A DNA stretch of 64,000 nucleotides, taken from contig NC_091286.1 in NCBI RefSeq assembly GCF_032444005.1, forward strand, positions 575,236,001-575,300,000, written 5' to 3'. The stretch's first letter is position 1. Each line of letters starts with the position of its first letter. A program made the translations under genes and the position numbers. The notes under the pieces were generated by a model, which saw only the letters and a list, made by a program, of their open reading frames with translations, did no database searches and was not told the origin of the DNA. The stretch is from Ranitomeya imitator (taxonomy: Eukaryota). Positions 22,316 through 33,620 of the stretch are shown piece by piece.

Positions 22316-23921
22316 CAGTGGGGCAAAAAAGTATTTAGTCAGTCAGCAATAGTGCAAGTTCCACCACTTAAAAAGATGAGCGGCGTCTGTAATTTACATC
22401 ATAGGTAGACCTCAACTATGGGAGACAAACTGAGAAAAAAAAATCCAGAAAATCACATTGTCTGTTTTTTTAACATTTTATTTGCATATTATGGTGGAAA
22501 ATAAGTATTTGGTCAGAAACAAAATTTCATCTCAATACTTTGTAATATATCCTTTGTTGGCAATGACAGAGGTCAAACGTTTTCTGTAAGTCTTCACAAG
22601 GTTGCCACACACTGTTGTTGGTATGTTGGCCCATTCCTCCATGCAGATCTCCTCTAGAGCAGTGATGTTTTTGGCTTTTCGCTTGGCAACACGGACTTTC
22701 AACTCCCTCCAAAGGTTTTCTATAGGGTTGAGATCTGGAGACTGGCTAGGCCACTCCAGGACCTTGAAATGCTTCTTACGAAGCCACTCCTTCGTTGCCC
22801 TGGCGGTGTGCTTTGGATCATTGTCATGTTGAAAGACCCAGCCACGTTTCATCTTCAATGCCCTTGCTGATGGAAGGAGGTTTGCACTCAAAATCTCACG
22901 ATACATGGCCCCATTCATTCTTTCATGTACCCGGATCAGTCGTCCTGGCTCCTTTGCAGAGAAACAGCCCCAAAGCATGATGTTTCCACCACCATGCTTT
23001 ACAGTAGGTATGGTGTTTGATGGATGCAACTCAGTATTCTTTTTCCTCCAAACACGACAAGTTGTGTTTCTACCAAACAGTTCCAGTTTGGTTTCATCAG
23101 ACCATAGGACATTCTCCCAAAACTCCTCTGGATCATCCAAATGCTCTCTAGCAAACTTCAGACGGGCCCAGACATGTACTGGCTTAAGCAGTGGGACACG
23201 TCTGGCACTGCAGGATCTGAGTCCATGGTGGCGTAGTGTGTTACTTATGGTAGGCCTTGTTACATTGGTCCCAGCTCTCTGCAGTTCATTCACTAGGTCC
23301 CCCCGCGTGGTTCTGGGATTTTCGCTCACCGTTCTTGTGATCATTCTGACCCCACGGGGTGGGATTTTGCGTGGAGCCCCAGATCGAGGGAGATTATCAG
23401 TGGTCTTGCATGTCTTCCATTTTCTAATTATTGCTCCCTCTGTTGATTTCTTCACTCCAAGCTGGTTGGCTATTGCAGATTCAGTCTTCCCAGCCTGGTG
23501 CAGGGCTACAATTTTGTTTCTGGTGTCCTTTGACAGCTCTTTGGTCTTCACCATAGTGGAGTTTGGAGTCAGACTGTTTGAGGGTGTGCACAGGTGTCTT
23601 TTTATACTGATAACAAGTTTAAACAGGTGCCATTACTACAGGTAATGAGTGGAGGAAAGAGGAGACTCTTAAAGAAGAAGTTACAGGTCTGTGAGAGCCA
23701 GAAATCTTGATTGTTTGTTTCTGACCAAATACTTATTTTCCACCATAATATGCAAATAAAATGTTAAAAAAACAGACAATGTGATTTTCTGGATTTTTTT
23801 TTCTCAGTTTGTCTCCCATAGTTGAGGTCTACCTATGATGTAAATTACAGACGCCTCTCATCTTTTTAAGTGGTGGAACTTGCACTATTGCTGACTGACT
23901 AAATACTTTTTTGCCCCACTG
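22316..23921 (-). mobile_element. Tc1-family DNA transposon, copy 2
   Basis: Same ~210-bp TIRs as copy 1, TA flanks, intact ORF on the minus strand. Confidence 0.97.
22532..23554 (-). CDS. Tc1 transposase (DD34E), 340 aa
   Basis: Catalytic motifs intact; 11 aa differences from copy 1 by manual comparison. Confidence 0.97.
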   Translation of the reverse strand: MVKTKELSKDTRNKIVALHQAGKTESAIANQLGVKKSTEGAIIRKWKTCKTTDNLPRSGAPRKIPPRGVRMITRTVSENPRTTRGDLVNELQRAGTNVTRPTISNTLRHHGLRSCSARRVPLLKPVHVWARLKFAREHLDDPEEFWENVLWSDETKLELFGRNTTCRVWRKKNTELHPSNTIPTVKHGGGNIMLWGCFSAKEPGRLIRVHERMNGAMYREILSANLLPSARALKMKRGWVFQHDNDPKHTARATKEWLRKKHFKVLEWPSQSPDLNPIENLWRELKVRVAKRKAKNITALEEICMEEWANIPTTVCGNLVKTYRKRLTSVIANKGYITKY

Positions 23922-24435
23922 TATAGTACAAAAAGTATAAACAAGGCCTACACCCACCAAGAAGTGTGAAGGTGTGCAATATAAACAACTAGATTCAGTG
24001 CTGAATAACCATAGAAATCGGAAAGAGAAAGCACCATCAAGGATCAAATATAAAAATATCAAATCTTTATTATGAACAATGTTAAATCGTAAACACAGGA
24101 ATATGTAGGGATGTGAAAGGGGTAAGCCAAACTTAGTGGAAACACAGAAAAAAACAGGCACCGACAGGCATATAGAAAATAGATGAAAAGCTCTAAGGTA
24201 TATACATCAGTGCATGCAGTAAAGCATGTGTATAGTATGGATCCTTAACGGAATTAAACCAGATCAGAAAATATCCAAGAGGGCTGTGTGCCACATCTGA
24301 AAGAAACCACCGAGCTAAAAAACATCTAAGTTAAATTATAACAATTACCTGAAGTTGCCTGGAGTCCTGTGGTGCCACTCGTCCCCAACGTGCGTAGGAT
24401 GGGTATCAAAGATAACACAAGGGGGAATCACACAG

Positions 24436-24720
24436 ATCCCACCGCTGCCACCAATTTGTCAGGGGACTCCAATCGTCAGGACATTTACGCAATTGACTGA
24501 CGAGTGATGTACAAGACCGTGGTTGTTTCCACTACTAGACCAGTTATTGGCAAACTCACAGTAAGCGTATGTTATAAACCCCTCTGATTGCATTGCATGG
24601 AATATAAACTACTAGCTGCCACCACCAATCGTTTATACAAGCCGATATGGCTTCAGGGGTGCAGTTTACAGAGCAAGAGGAATGACTATGAAATTGTATA
24701 TATTTAATACAGAAAAATAG
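24436..24720 (-). mobile_element. LTR-element remnant: LTR end plus tRNA-Leu-type primer-binding site
   Basis: Minus strand reads ...CCCCTGACA-AAT-TGGTGGCAGCGGTGGGAT; the 18-mer is complementary to the 3' end, including CCA, of vertebrate tRNA-Leu(AAG/UAG) as I recall it. Confidence 0.65.
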
Positions 24721-24742
24721 TGTTTATAAAACTATACAAGGA

Positions 24743-25470
24743 CTAGATTGTGGCCCGATTCTAACGCATTGGGTATTCTAGAACAGGGGTCCCCAACTCC
24801 AGTCCTCAAGGCCCACTAACAGGTCATGTTTTCAGGATTTCCTTAGCCTTGCCAAGGTAATAATTGCATCACCTGTGCAATGCTAAGGAAATCCTGAAAA
24901 CATGACCTGTTGGTGGACCTTGAGGACTGGAGTTGGGGACCCCTGTTCTAGAATATGCATGTCCCTGTAGTATATGGACAATGATGATTCCAGAATTCGC
25001 GGCAGACTGTGCCCGTCGCTGATTGGTCGAGGCAACCTTTATGACATAATCGTCGCCATGGCAACCATTATGACATCTACGTCGATACTGTGCCCGTCGC
25101 TGAATCAGAAACGTGGGATTTCTACGTCCTTTATGACATCATCGTCACTGTGCCCGTTGCTGATTGCCCGTTGCCCGTTGCTGATTGGTCGAGGCCTGGC
25201 GGCCTCGACCAATCAGAGACGCGGGATGTCTACGTCCTTTATGACATCATCGTCGCTGTGCCCGTCGCTGATTGGTCGAGGCCTGGAGGACTCGACCAAT
25301 CAGAGACGCGGGATTTCTACGTCAATACTGTGCCCGTCGCTGATTGGTCGAGGCCTTGCGGCCTCGACCAATCAGAGATGCGGGATTTCCAGGACAGACA
25401 GACAGACAGACAGACAGACAGAAAGACAGACAGACAGATGGAAAAACCCTTAGACAATTATATATATAGA
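24743..25470 (-). mobile_element. Non-autonomous Helitron, copy 1, carrying a hAT MITE
   Basis: Minus strand starts TC(TATATATATAATTG) and ends with a subterminal hairpin plus CTAG; sits between A and T with no TSD. Confidence 0.85.
24784..24945. mobile_element. 162-bp hAT-type MITE inside Helitron copy 1
   Basis: TIR CAGGGGTCCCCAACTCCAGTCCTCAAGG, 8-bp TSD TTCTAGAA, near-perfect palindrome. Confidence 0.88.
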
Positions 25471-25781
25471 TGTTACAAAATGGGACAAAGCAATGCGGTA
25501 TAAACAATCACATAAAATAAAAGGGAACTTCAAGATGAAAGTGGATATAAAATCCGCGCTGCCAAAGATCCAATATACGAAAGGGAAACAGATGCGGTAT
25601 GGATGCGGTTTTACTTGCCAATTGTTTCAAGATCATACCTCTTCATCAGGTAAAATCACAATGTAGTTGTCCTGATGAAGAGGTATTTTTTTGCCTGTAG
25701 GACATTATTGCAAGAGAGCTTTGCTGAGTAGATTACACAAGAAGGAAAGCACACAGCAAGTCAGCAGGATCTAGGAGCAAC

Positions 25782-26740
25782 ATGGCAGATGTGACAACCT
25801 ACATGGTGAGCTGCAGCATGTGCTACATGTTCACAGATCGACCAGAAGAAGAATCAAATTTCACCTGTCAGAAGTGTAGACTAGTGGCCCTTTTAGAAGA
25901 AAAAGTGCGGGGTCTGGAAGAAAGAATAGCAACTTTGAAACTCATCAAAGAGAATGAAGACTTTCTAGACAGAACAGAAGCATCTCTACTGGTCACAGAA
26001 GGTGAAAAAAGTGTCAGAGAACCTCCAAAAGCAGATGAGTGGAAGCATGTGACCAAAAGAAGCAAGAAGACCATGGAGAAATCACCAACCACGCAACTGA
26101 AGAACCGATATCAAATCTTTGTAGAGGATGAAGATGGCACACCTAAGGATGAAGCAATACCAGAAAGCAAAAAAGAAAAGGGCACATAGCAACAAGTGAC
26201 AGCAAAAAGTACAGCCAAGAAGCAACGAAGAGTGGTGGTGGTGGGAGACTCACTACTGAGAGGCACAGAAGCAGCCATCTGCAGACCGGACATAACCGCA
26301 AGAGAAGTATGCTGCCTTCCAGGTGCGATGATCAAGGATGTGACCGATAGGATACCAAAGCTCTTCAGCTCCAAGGACGTCCACCCATTTCTTCTGATAC
26401 ATGTTGGCACCAATGACACGGCAAGGAAGGACCTACCGAACCGACAATCTGCAAGGACTTTGAAGAGTTGGGGAAGAAAGTAAAGGAACTGGATGCACAG
26501 GTAGTTTTTTCTTCTATCCTTCCAGTAGACGGGCATGGCACCAGGAGATGGAACAGGATCCTTGATGCAAACAACTGGCTAAGACGATGGTGCAGACAAC
26601 AAGGATTCGGATTCCTGGACCACGGTGTGAATTACTTGCACGATGGACTCCTCGCCAGAGATGGACTACACCTCAACAAACCTGGGAAACACACATTCGC
26701 CAGAAGACTCGCTACACTCATCAGGAGGGCGTTAAACTAG
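25782..26740 (+). pseudogene. CR1 ORF1: zinc-finger, coiled coil and SGNH esterase, disrupted
   Basis: CSMC...CQKC, GDSLLRG, HVGTND and DGLH motifs; in-frame TAG at 26187-26189; 5-bp ACCGA duplication frameshift near 26435. Confidence 0.88.
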
Positions 26741-27763
26741 AAGAAGAGGGGACGGGAAGAAAAACATTAGACTTGAACAAAGAAGACCCAGGAAAACATA
26801 CTCAGAAGGGAGGTAAGAACATTTCTAAAACAATCCACAGCGAGGAGATTGGAACAAAACAAAATCCTCTAAACTGCATGCTCGCAAACGCCAGAAGCCT
26901 GACAAACAAGATGGAAGAACTAGAAGCAGAAATATCTACAGGTAACTTTGACATAGTGGGAATAACCGAGACATGGTTAGATGAAAGTTATGACTGGGCA
27001 GTTAACTTACAGGGTTACAGTCTGTTTAGAAAGGATCGTAAAAATCAGAGAGGAGGAGGGGTTTGTCTCTATGTAAAGTCTTGTCTAAAGTCCACTTTAA
27101 GGGAGGATATTAGCGAAGGAAATGAGGATGTCGAGTCCATATGGGTCGAAATTCATGGAGGGAAAAATGGTAACAAAATTCTCATTGGGGTCTGTTACAA
27201 ACCCCCAAATATAACAGAAACCATGGAATGTCTACTTCTAAAGCAGATAGATGAAGCTGCAACCCATAATGAGGTCCTGGTTATGGGGGACTTTAACTAC
27301 CCGGATATTAACTGGGAAACAGAAACCTGTGAAACCCATAAAGGCAACAGGTTTCTGCTAATAACCAAGAAAAATTATCTTTCACAATTGGTGCAGAATC
27401 CAACCAGAGGAGCAGCACTTTTAGACCTAATACTATCTAATAGACCTGACAGAATAACAAATCTGCAGGTGGTTGGGCATCTAGGAAATAGCGACCACAA
27501 TATTGTACAGTTTCACCTGTCTTTCACTAGGGGGACTTGTCAGGGAGTCACAAAAACACTGAACTTTAGGAAGGCAAAGTTTGACCAGCTTAGAGATGCC
27601 CTTAATCTGGTAGACTGGGACAATATCCTCAGAAATAAGAATACAGATAATAAATGGGAAATGTTTAAGAACATCCTAAATAGGCAGTGTAAGCGGTTCA
27701 TACCTTGTGGGAATAAAAGGACTAGAAATAGGAAAAACCCAATGTGGCTAAACAAAGAAGTAA
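26587..27763 (+). pseudogene. CR1 ORF2 N-terminal part (APE endonuclease)
   Basis: ANARSL, GITETW, MGDFN, LDLILSN and SDHN motifs. ORF2 continues at 29967-30284, 31457-32328 and 33625-~34330. Confidence 0.92.
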
Positions 27764-27907
27764 TAATATAGAGCACGGCACTCTTGGCTTCTAGGAGGTG
27801 CGCAAGTTGGGTTTCCAACCCATCAAATCAATGCAATAAATACTTGGCACTCAGGAGATCTTTTTGTATGATAGAAAGTGAACAATTCGTTTATTGGGTG
27901 CATCCAC

Positions 27908-27951
27908 AATTTAAACGTTTTCGGTCTACTTAACAGACCTTCATCAGAAAC
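27908..27951 (-). ncRNA. Minimal hammerhead ribozyme, left arm, stem II intact
   Basis: Minus strand GTTT-CTGATGA-AGGTCT GTTAAGT AGACC-GAAA-ACGTT-T-AAAT; palindromic stem III AACGTT. Confidence 0.7.
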
Positions 27952-29830
27952 AGATACTGGAATACTGCAATACATATGTAAGAATACAAAGACATATTGT
28001 TAAGAAAGGTAACATGATGCACAATCTCAATACAGACATAATACATAATATTTGAGAAGAATAACTACATCATAAGAGAAGAGACACACAACGACTGTGG
28101 CGGACAGGATGGATCCGGCCTGGTGTCCCGTGAGTCGTGAGCCTCGTTACAGGAGATACTACGGACTGTGAACGTGTAAAGGAAAGGAATATGATAAAAT
28201 GATGACCTCAAGTCCCAGTAAAGAAACTAGATGGGCTATGTGATAACCTCCCCCACTAGAACAATGAAGGATACTGCGAATGAGGTGACTACCCAAAATG
28301 CGGGATCAGAGGGTTAAGGTGCGAGCTGAAGTGCCTATGACATGGAAACAAAAGATATGAGCACATAATCAGAACATGTAGAACCACATAAACATGCCAT
28401 ATAGTAGGTATCGTATAGGATTGCTAGATGTGAGGCCCGGGTGGGCGTGCTATATGCTGAGACTAGTCCAGGTCTGAGACCACCAGGAATCTATATGAGC
28501 GGGAATCAAACCTACAGGCCAGAAATACTGCCCGTAGATCTGAGGATAAAGAAAAGGAGAAAAAAAAAAAGAAAAAAAGAAAACGGAGAAGAAGGACAAA
28601 TACGGAGAAGAAGGACAAATATAGAGGAGATTGAGATGAATAAGGACAAATAGAAGACTAGAAGCCCCCCTGGAGGTACCTGGAAGCCACGAAGAGTGAA
28701 TGTGGGCCCACAGGGGTGCCAACAATAGGCACAGTCCGGGAGAGCAGGGCGCCTGAATGACAAAGGTTATAAAAAGTAAGACCCAGGACAAGTGGCCTAA
28801 GGTAGGGGGGTACATTTAGGAACTGCGGCGGTTACCTTGGAGAAACTGGAGCTGCAGGAGCAGGGCGCTAGTAGAAGGGCGAGTGACTCGCAATGGCACT
28901 CGCCCTTCTACTAGCGCCCTGCTCCTGCAGCTCCAGTTTCTCCAAGGTAACCGCCGCAGTTCCTAAATGTACCCCCCTACCTTAGGCCACTTGTCCTGGG
29001 TCTTACTTTTTATAACCTTTGTCATTCAGGCGCCCTGCTCTCCCAGACTGTGCCTATTGTTGGCACCCCTGTGGGCCCACATTCACTCTTCGTGGCTTCC
29101 AGGTACCTCCAGGGGGGCTTCTAGTCTTCTATTTGTCCTTATTCATCTCAATCTCCTCTATATTTGTCCTTCTTCTCCGTATTTGTCCTTCTTCTCCGTT
29201 TTCTTTTTTTCTTTTTTTTTTTCTCCTTTTCTTTATCCTCAGATCTACGGGCAGTATTTCTGGCCTGTAGGTTTGATTCCCGCTCATATAGATTCCTGGT
29301 GGTCTCAGACCTGGACTAGTCTCAGCATATAGCACGCCCACCCGGGCCTCACATCTAGCAATCCTATACGATACCTACTATATGGCATGTTTATGTGGTT
29401 CTACATGTTCTGATTATGTGCTCATATCTTTTGTTTCCATGTCATAGGCACTTCAGCTCGCACCTTAACCCTCTGATCCCGCATTTTGGGTAGTCACCTC
29501 ATTCGCAGTATCCTTCATTGTTCTAGTGGGGGAGGTTATCACATAGCCCATCTAGTTTCTTTACTGGGACTTGAGGTCATCATTTTATCATATTCCTTTC
29601 CTTTACACGTTCACAGTCCGTAGTATCTCCTGTAACGAGGCTCACGACTCACGGGACACCAGGCCGGATCCATCCTGTCCGCCACAGTCGTTGTGTGTCT
29701 CTTCTCTTATGATGTAGTTATTCTTCTCAAATATTATGTATTATGCCTGTATTGAGATTGTGCATCATGTTACCTTTCTTAACAATATGTCTTTGTATTC
29801 TTACATATGTATTGCAGTATTCCAGTATCT

Positions 29831-29874
29831 GTTTCTGATGAAGCTCTGTTAAGTAGACCGAAAACGTTTAAATT
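29831..29874 (+). ncRNA. Minimal hammerhead ribozyme, right arm, stem II mutated
   Basis: Same motif but AGCTCT in place of AGGTCT, which breaks one stem II pair. Confidence 0.6.
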
Positions 29875-30284
29875 GTGGATGCACCCAATAAACGAATTGT
29901 TCACTTTCTATCATACAAAAAGATCTCCTGAGTGCCAAGTATTTATTGCATTAAACAAAGAAGTAAGACAGGCAATTAACAGTAAAAAGAAAGCATTTGC
30001 ACTACTAAAGCAGGATGGCACCATTGAAGCTCTAAAAAAACTATAGGGAGAAAAATACTTTATCTAAAAAACTAATTAAAGCTGCCAAAAAGGAAACAGA
30101 GAAGCACATTGCTAAGGAGAGTAAAACTAATCCCAAACTGTTCTTCAACTATATCAATAGTAAAAGAATAAAAACTGAAAATGTAGGCCCCTTAAAAAAT
30201 AGTGAGGAAAGAATGGTTGTAGATGACGAGGAAAAAGCTAACATATTAAACACCTTCTTCTCCACGGTATTCACGGTGGAAAAT

Positions 30285-31452
30285 AGTAACATAGTAACAT
30301 AGTAACATAGTTAGTAAGGCCGAAAAAAGACATTTGTCCATCCAGTTCAGCCTATATTCCATCATAATAAATCCCCAGATCTACGTCCTTCTACAGAACC
30401 TAATTGTATGATACAATATTGTTCTGCTCCAGGAAGACATCCAGGCCTCTCTTGAACCCCTCGACTGAGTTCGCCATCACCACCTCCTCAGGCAAGCAAT
30501 TCCAGATTCTCACTGCCCTAACAGTAAAGAATCCTCTTCTATGTTGGTGGAAAAACCTTCTCTCCTCCAGACGCAAAGAATGCCCCCTTGTGCCCGTCAC
30601 CTTCCTTGGTATAAACAGATCCTCAGCGAGATATTTGTATTGTCCCCTTATATACTTATACATGGTTATTAGATCGCCCCTCAGTCGTCTTTTTTCTAGA
30701 CTAAATAATCCTAATTTCGCTAATCTATCTGGGTATTGTAGTTCTCCCATCCCCTTTATTAATTTTGTTGCCCTCCTTTGTACTCTCTCTAGTTCCATTA
30801 TATCCTTCCTGAGCACCGGTGCCCAAAACTGGACACAGTACTCCATGTGCGGTCTAACTAGGGATTTGTACAGAGGCAGTATAATGCTCTCATCATGTGT
30901 ATCCAGACCTCTTTTAATGCACCCCATGATCCTGTTTGCCTTGGCAGCTGCTGCCTGGCACTGGCTGCTCCAGGTAAGTTTATCATTAACTAGGATCCCC
31001 AAGTCCTTCTCCCTGTCAGATTTACCCAGTGGTTTCCCGTTCAGTGTGTAATGGTGATATTGATTCCTTCTTCCCATGTGTATAACCTTACATTTATCAT
31101 TGTTAAACCTCATCTGCCACCTTTCAGCCCAAGTTTCCAACTTATCCAGATCCATCTGTAGCAGAATACTATCTTCTCTTGTATTAACTGCTTTACATAG
31201 TTTTGTATCATCTGCAAATATCGATATTTTACTGTGTAAACCTTCTGCCAGATCATTAATGAATATGTTGAAGAGAACAGGTCCCAATACTGACCCCTGC
31301 GGTACCCCACTGGTCACAGCGACCCAGTTAGAGACTATACCATTTATAACCACCCTCTGCTTTCTATCACTAAGCCAGTTACTAACCCATTTACACACAT
31401 TTTCCCCCAGACCAAGCATTCTCATTTTGTGTACCAACCTCTTGTTGGTATG
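30285..31452 (-). mobile_element. 5'-truncated CR1 copy inserted antisense into ORF2 of the same family
   Basis: Reverse complement of 31986-32328 joined to 33625-34436; its tail shows as (AGTAACAT)3 at 30285; only a 4-bp AAAT overlap at the junctions. Confidence 0.92.
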
Positions 31453-31456
31453 AAAT

Positions 31457-32328
31457 GAAATGCTAGGTGAAATCCCAAGAAACAATGAAAACCCTATATT
31501 AAGGGTCACCAATCTAACCCAAGAAGAGGTGCGGAACCGGCTAAATAAGATTAAAATAGATAAATCTCCGGGTCCGGATGGCATACACCCACGAGTACTA
31601 AGAGAACTAAGTAATGTAATAGATAAACCATTATTTCTTATTTTTAGGGACTCTATAGCGACAGGGTCTGTTCCGCAGGACTGGCGCATAGCAAATGTGG
31701 TGCCAATATTCAAAAAGGGCTCTAAAAGTGAACCTGGAAATTATAGGCCAGTAAGTCTAACCTCTATTGTTGGTAAAATATTTGAAGGGTTTCTGAGGGA
31801 TGTTATTCTGGATTATCTCAATGAGAATAAATGTTTAACTCCATATCAGCATGGGTTTATGAGAAATCGCTCCTGTCAAACCAATCTAATCAGTTTTTAT
31901 GAAGAGGTAAGCTATAGACTGGACCACGGTGAGTCATTGGACGTGGTATATCTCGATTTTTCCAAAGCGTTTGATACCGTGCCGCACAAGAGGTTGGTAC
32001 ACAAAATGAGAATGCTTGGTCTGGGGGAAAATGTGTGTAAATGGGTTAGTAACTGGCTTAGTGATAGAAAGCAGAGGGTGGTTATAAATGGTATAGTCTC
32101 TAACTGGGTCGCTGTGACCAGTGGGGTACCGCAGGGGTCAGTATTGGGACCTGTTCTCTTCAACATATTCATTAATGATCTGGTAGAAGGTTTACACAGT
32201 AAAATATCGATATTTGCAGATGATACAAAACTATGTAAAGCAGTTAATACAAGAGAAGATAGTATTCTGCTACAGATGGATCTGGATAAGTTGGAAACTT
32301 GGGCTGAAAGGTGGCAGATGAGGTTTAA
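31457..32328 (+). pseudogene. CR1 ORF2 reverse transcriptase segment
   Basis: KSPGPDGIHP, NYRPVSLTS, YLDFSKAFD, GVPQGSVLGP and FADD motifs; cut at TTAA by the next insertion. Confidence 0.95.
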
Positions 32329-33620
32329 CCCCTTAGTGACCGCCAATACGCCTTTTAACTGACCTGAGATATAAGAGACTTATATCCCCATACAGGTGAT
32401 AATCCAGTAGCTGTCAGCTGTCCACTATAGCTGACAACTTGCTGCATCAGCCATGATCAGTGTTTGCACCGTCCAAATCTATTTAACCCCTTAGATGCTG
32501 CTGTCAATGGTGACTACATCATTATAAACGGTTAACAGACTGTGGGGGCTTCCTCTTCATCCCAATTGGTGGTCTCAGATCATGATTGCATGGTCCTGAT
32601 ATTTGTCATGGAAATTCATGACCAAATAGTGGCCTTAGAGTCTGTCGGCTGTAGTAACCTGTTCAGAAGTTAGTGACATTTAGGTGATAAAAATACACAT
32701 TTTCATTTCTGTCATGCCACTTTGCATTAATTCCTGAAAATCACCCGAAGGGTTAACAAATGACCTGACTGCAGTTTTCAATATGTCAGGGGGTGCTGTT
32801 TTTAAAATCGTATCACTTGTGGGGGTTTCCCTATATATAGGACCCCCAAATTCACTTCAAACATGGATAGGTCCCTAAAAAAATACATTTTGTAAATTTC
32901 CTTGAAAAAAATTTAAATTGTTGCTACATTTTTAATCCTCCTAAAATGCTAACAAAATAAAATAACATTTTGCAAATGGTGCTGTTGTAAAGCAGACATG
33001 TGGGAAATGTTATTTATTAAAGGGACTCTGTCACCTGAATTTGGCGGGACTGGTTTTGGGTCATATGGGCGGAGTTTTCGGGTGTTTGATTCACCCTTTC
33101 CTTACCCGCTGGCTGCATGCTGGCTGCAATATTGGATTGAAGTTCATTCTCTGTCCTCCATAGTACACGCCTGCGCAAAGCAATCTTGCCTTGTGCAGGC
33201 ATGTACGATGGAGGACAGAGAATGAACTTCAATCCAATATTGCAGCCAGCATGCAGCCAGTGGGTAAGGAAAGGGTGAATCAAACACCCGAAAACTCCGC
33301 CCATATGACCCAAAACCAGTCCCGCCAAATTCAGGTGACAGGTTCCCTTTAATGTTTTGCTGTGGTATGACTATCTGGATTAAAGGCATAATCATTCAAA
33401 GTTTGAAAATTGCTAATTTTTTAACATTTTTTTCAAATTTCTGATATTTTTTATAAATAAACATAAAGCATATCAACCTAAATTTACCATTATCATAAAG
33501 TATAATGTGTCACGAAAAAACAATCTCAAAATCACTGGGCTTTGTTGAAGCATTCCAGAGTTATTACCACATAAAGTGACACTGGTCAGATTTCAAAAAT
33601 TTGGCTCCGTCACTAAGGGG
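32329..33620. mobile_element. Non-autonomous piggyBac-like element
   Basis: TTAA TSD (32325-32328, 33621-33624), TIR CCCCTTAGTGAC; removing it restores ...AGGTTTAACAATGAT (RFNND). Confidence 0.88.
33021..33348. mobile_element. Kolobok/T2-type hairpin MITE nested in the piggyBac-like element
   Basis: TTAA TSD, AGGG...CCCT ends, near-perfect ~155-bp arms. Confidence 0.85.

Larger units (their letters stand above)
27764..29951. mobile_element. Head-to-head inverted dimer of a hammerhead-bearing, probably Penelope-like, non-coding retroelement
   Basis: 15-bp TSD TAAACAAAGAAGTAA (27749-27763, 29952-29966). Arms 27830-28885 and 28897-29952 (1056 bp), 11-nt spacer, at least 3 mismatches. Confidence 0.75.

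Noticed and set aside
24436-24453. tRNA-Leu 3' end including CCA
   Set aside because: Only 18 nt, no cloverleaf or A/B boxes; it is a retroelement PBS, not a tRNA gene.
25612-25690. CTGATGAAGAGG inverted pair with a hammerhead-like minus-strand reading (…GAAACAATTGG)
   Set aside because: The conserved U after stem III is missing and stem I is not evident; at most a decayed remnant, so not called a ribozyme.
28441-29341. Mirror-image ORF pairs of 121, 83 and 70 aa
   Set aside because: They follow automatically from the palindrome, are low complexity and contain no recognisable domain.
27830-29952. Possibility that the long palindrome is purely a sequencing or assembly fold-back artefact
   Set aside because: The arms differ at 3 or more sites, are unequal at the outer ends, and are bounded by a 15-bp TSD with the CR1 resuming correctly; read-level confirmation is still needed.
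30400-31713. 437-aa minus-strand ORF resembling an RT C-terminus
   Set aside because: Chimeric: the first ~90 aa are antisense to the host CR1 and the rest is the truncated antisense CR1 insertion. Not an independent gene.
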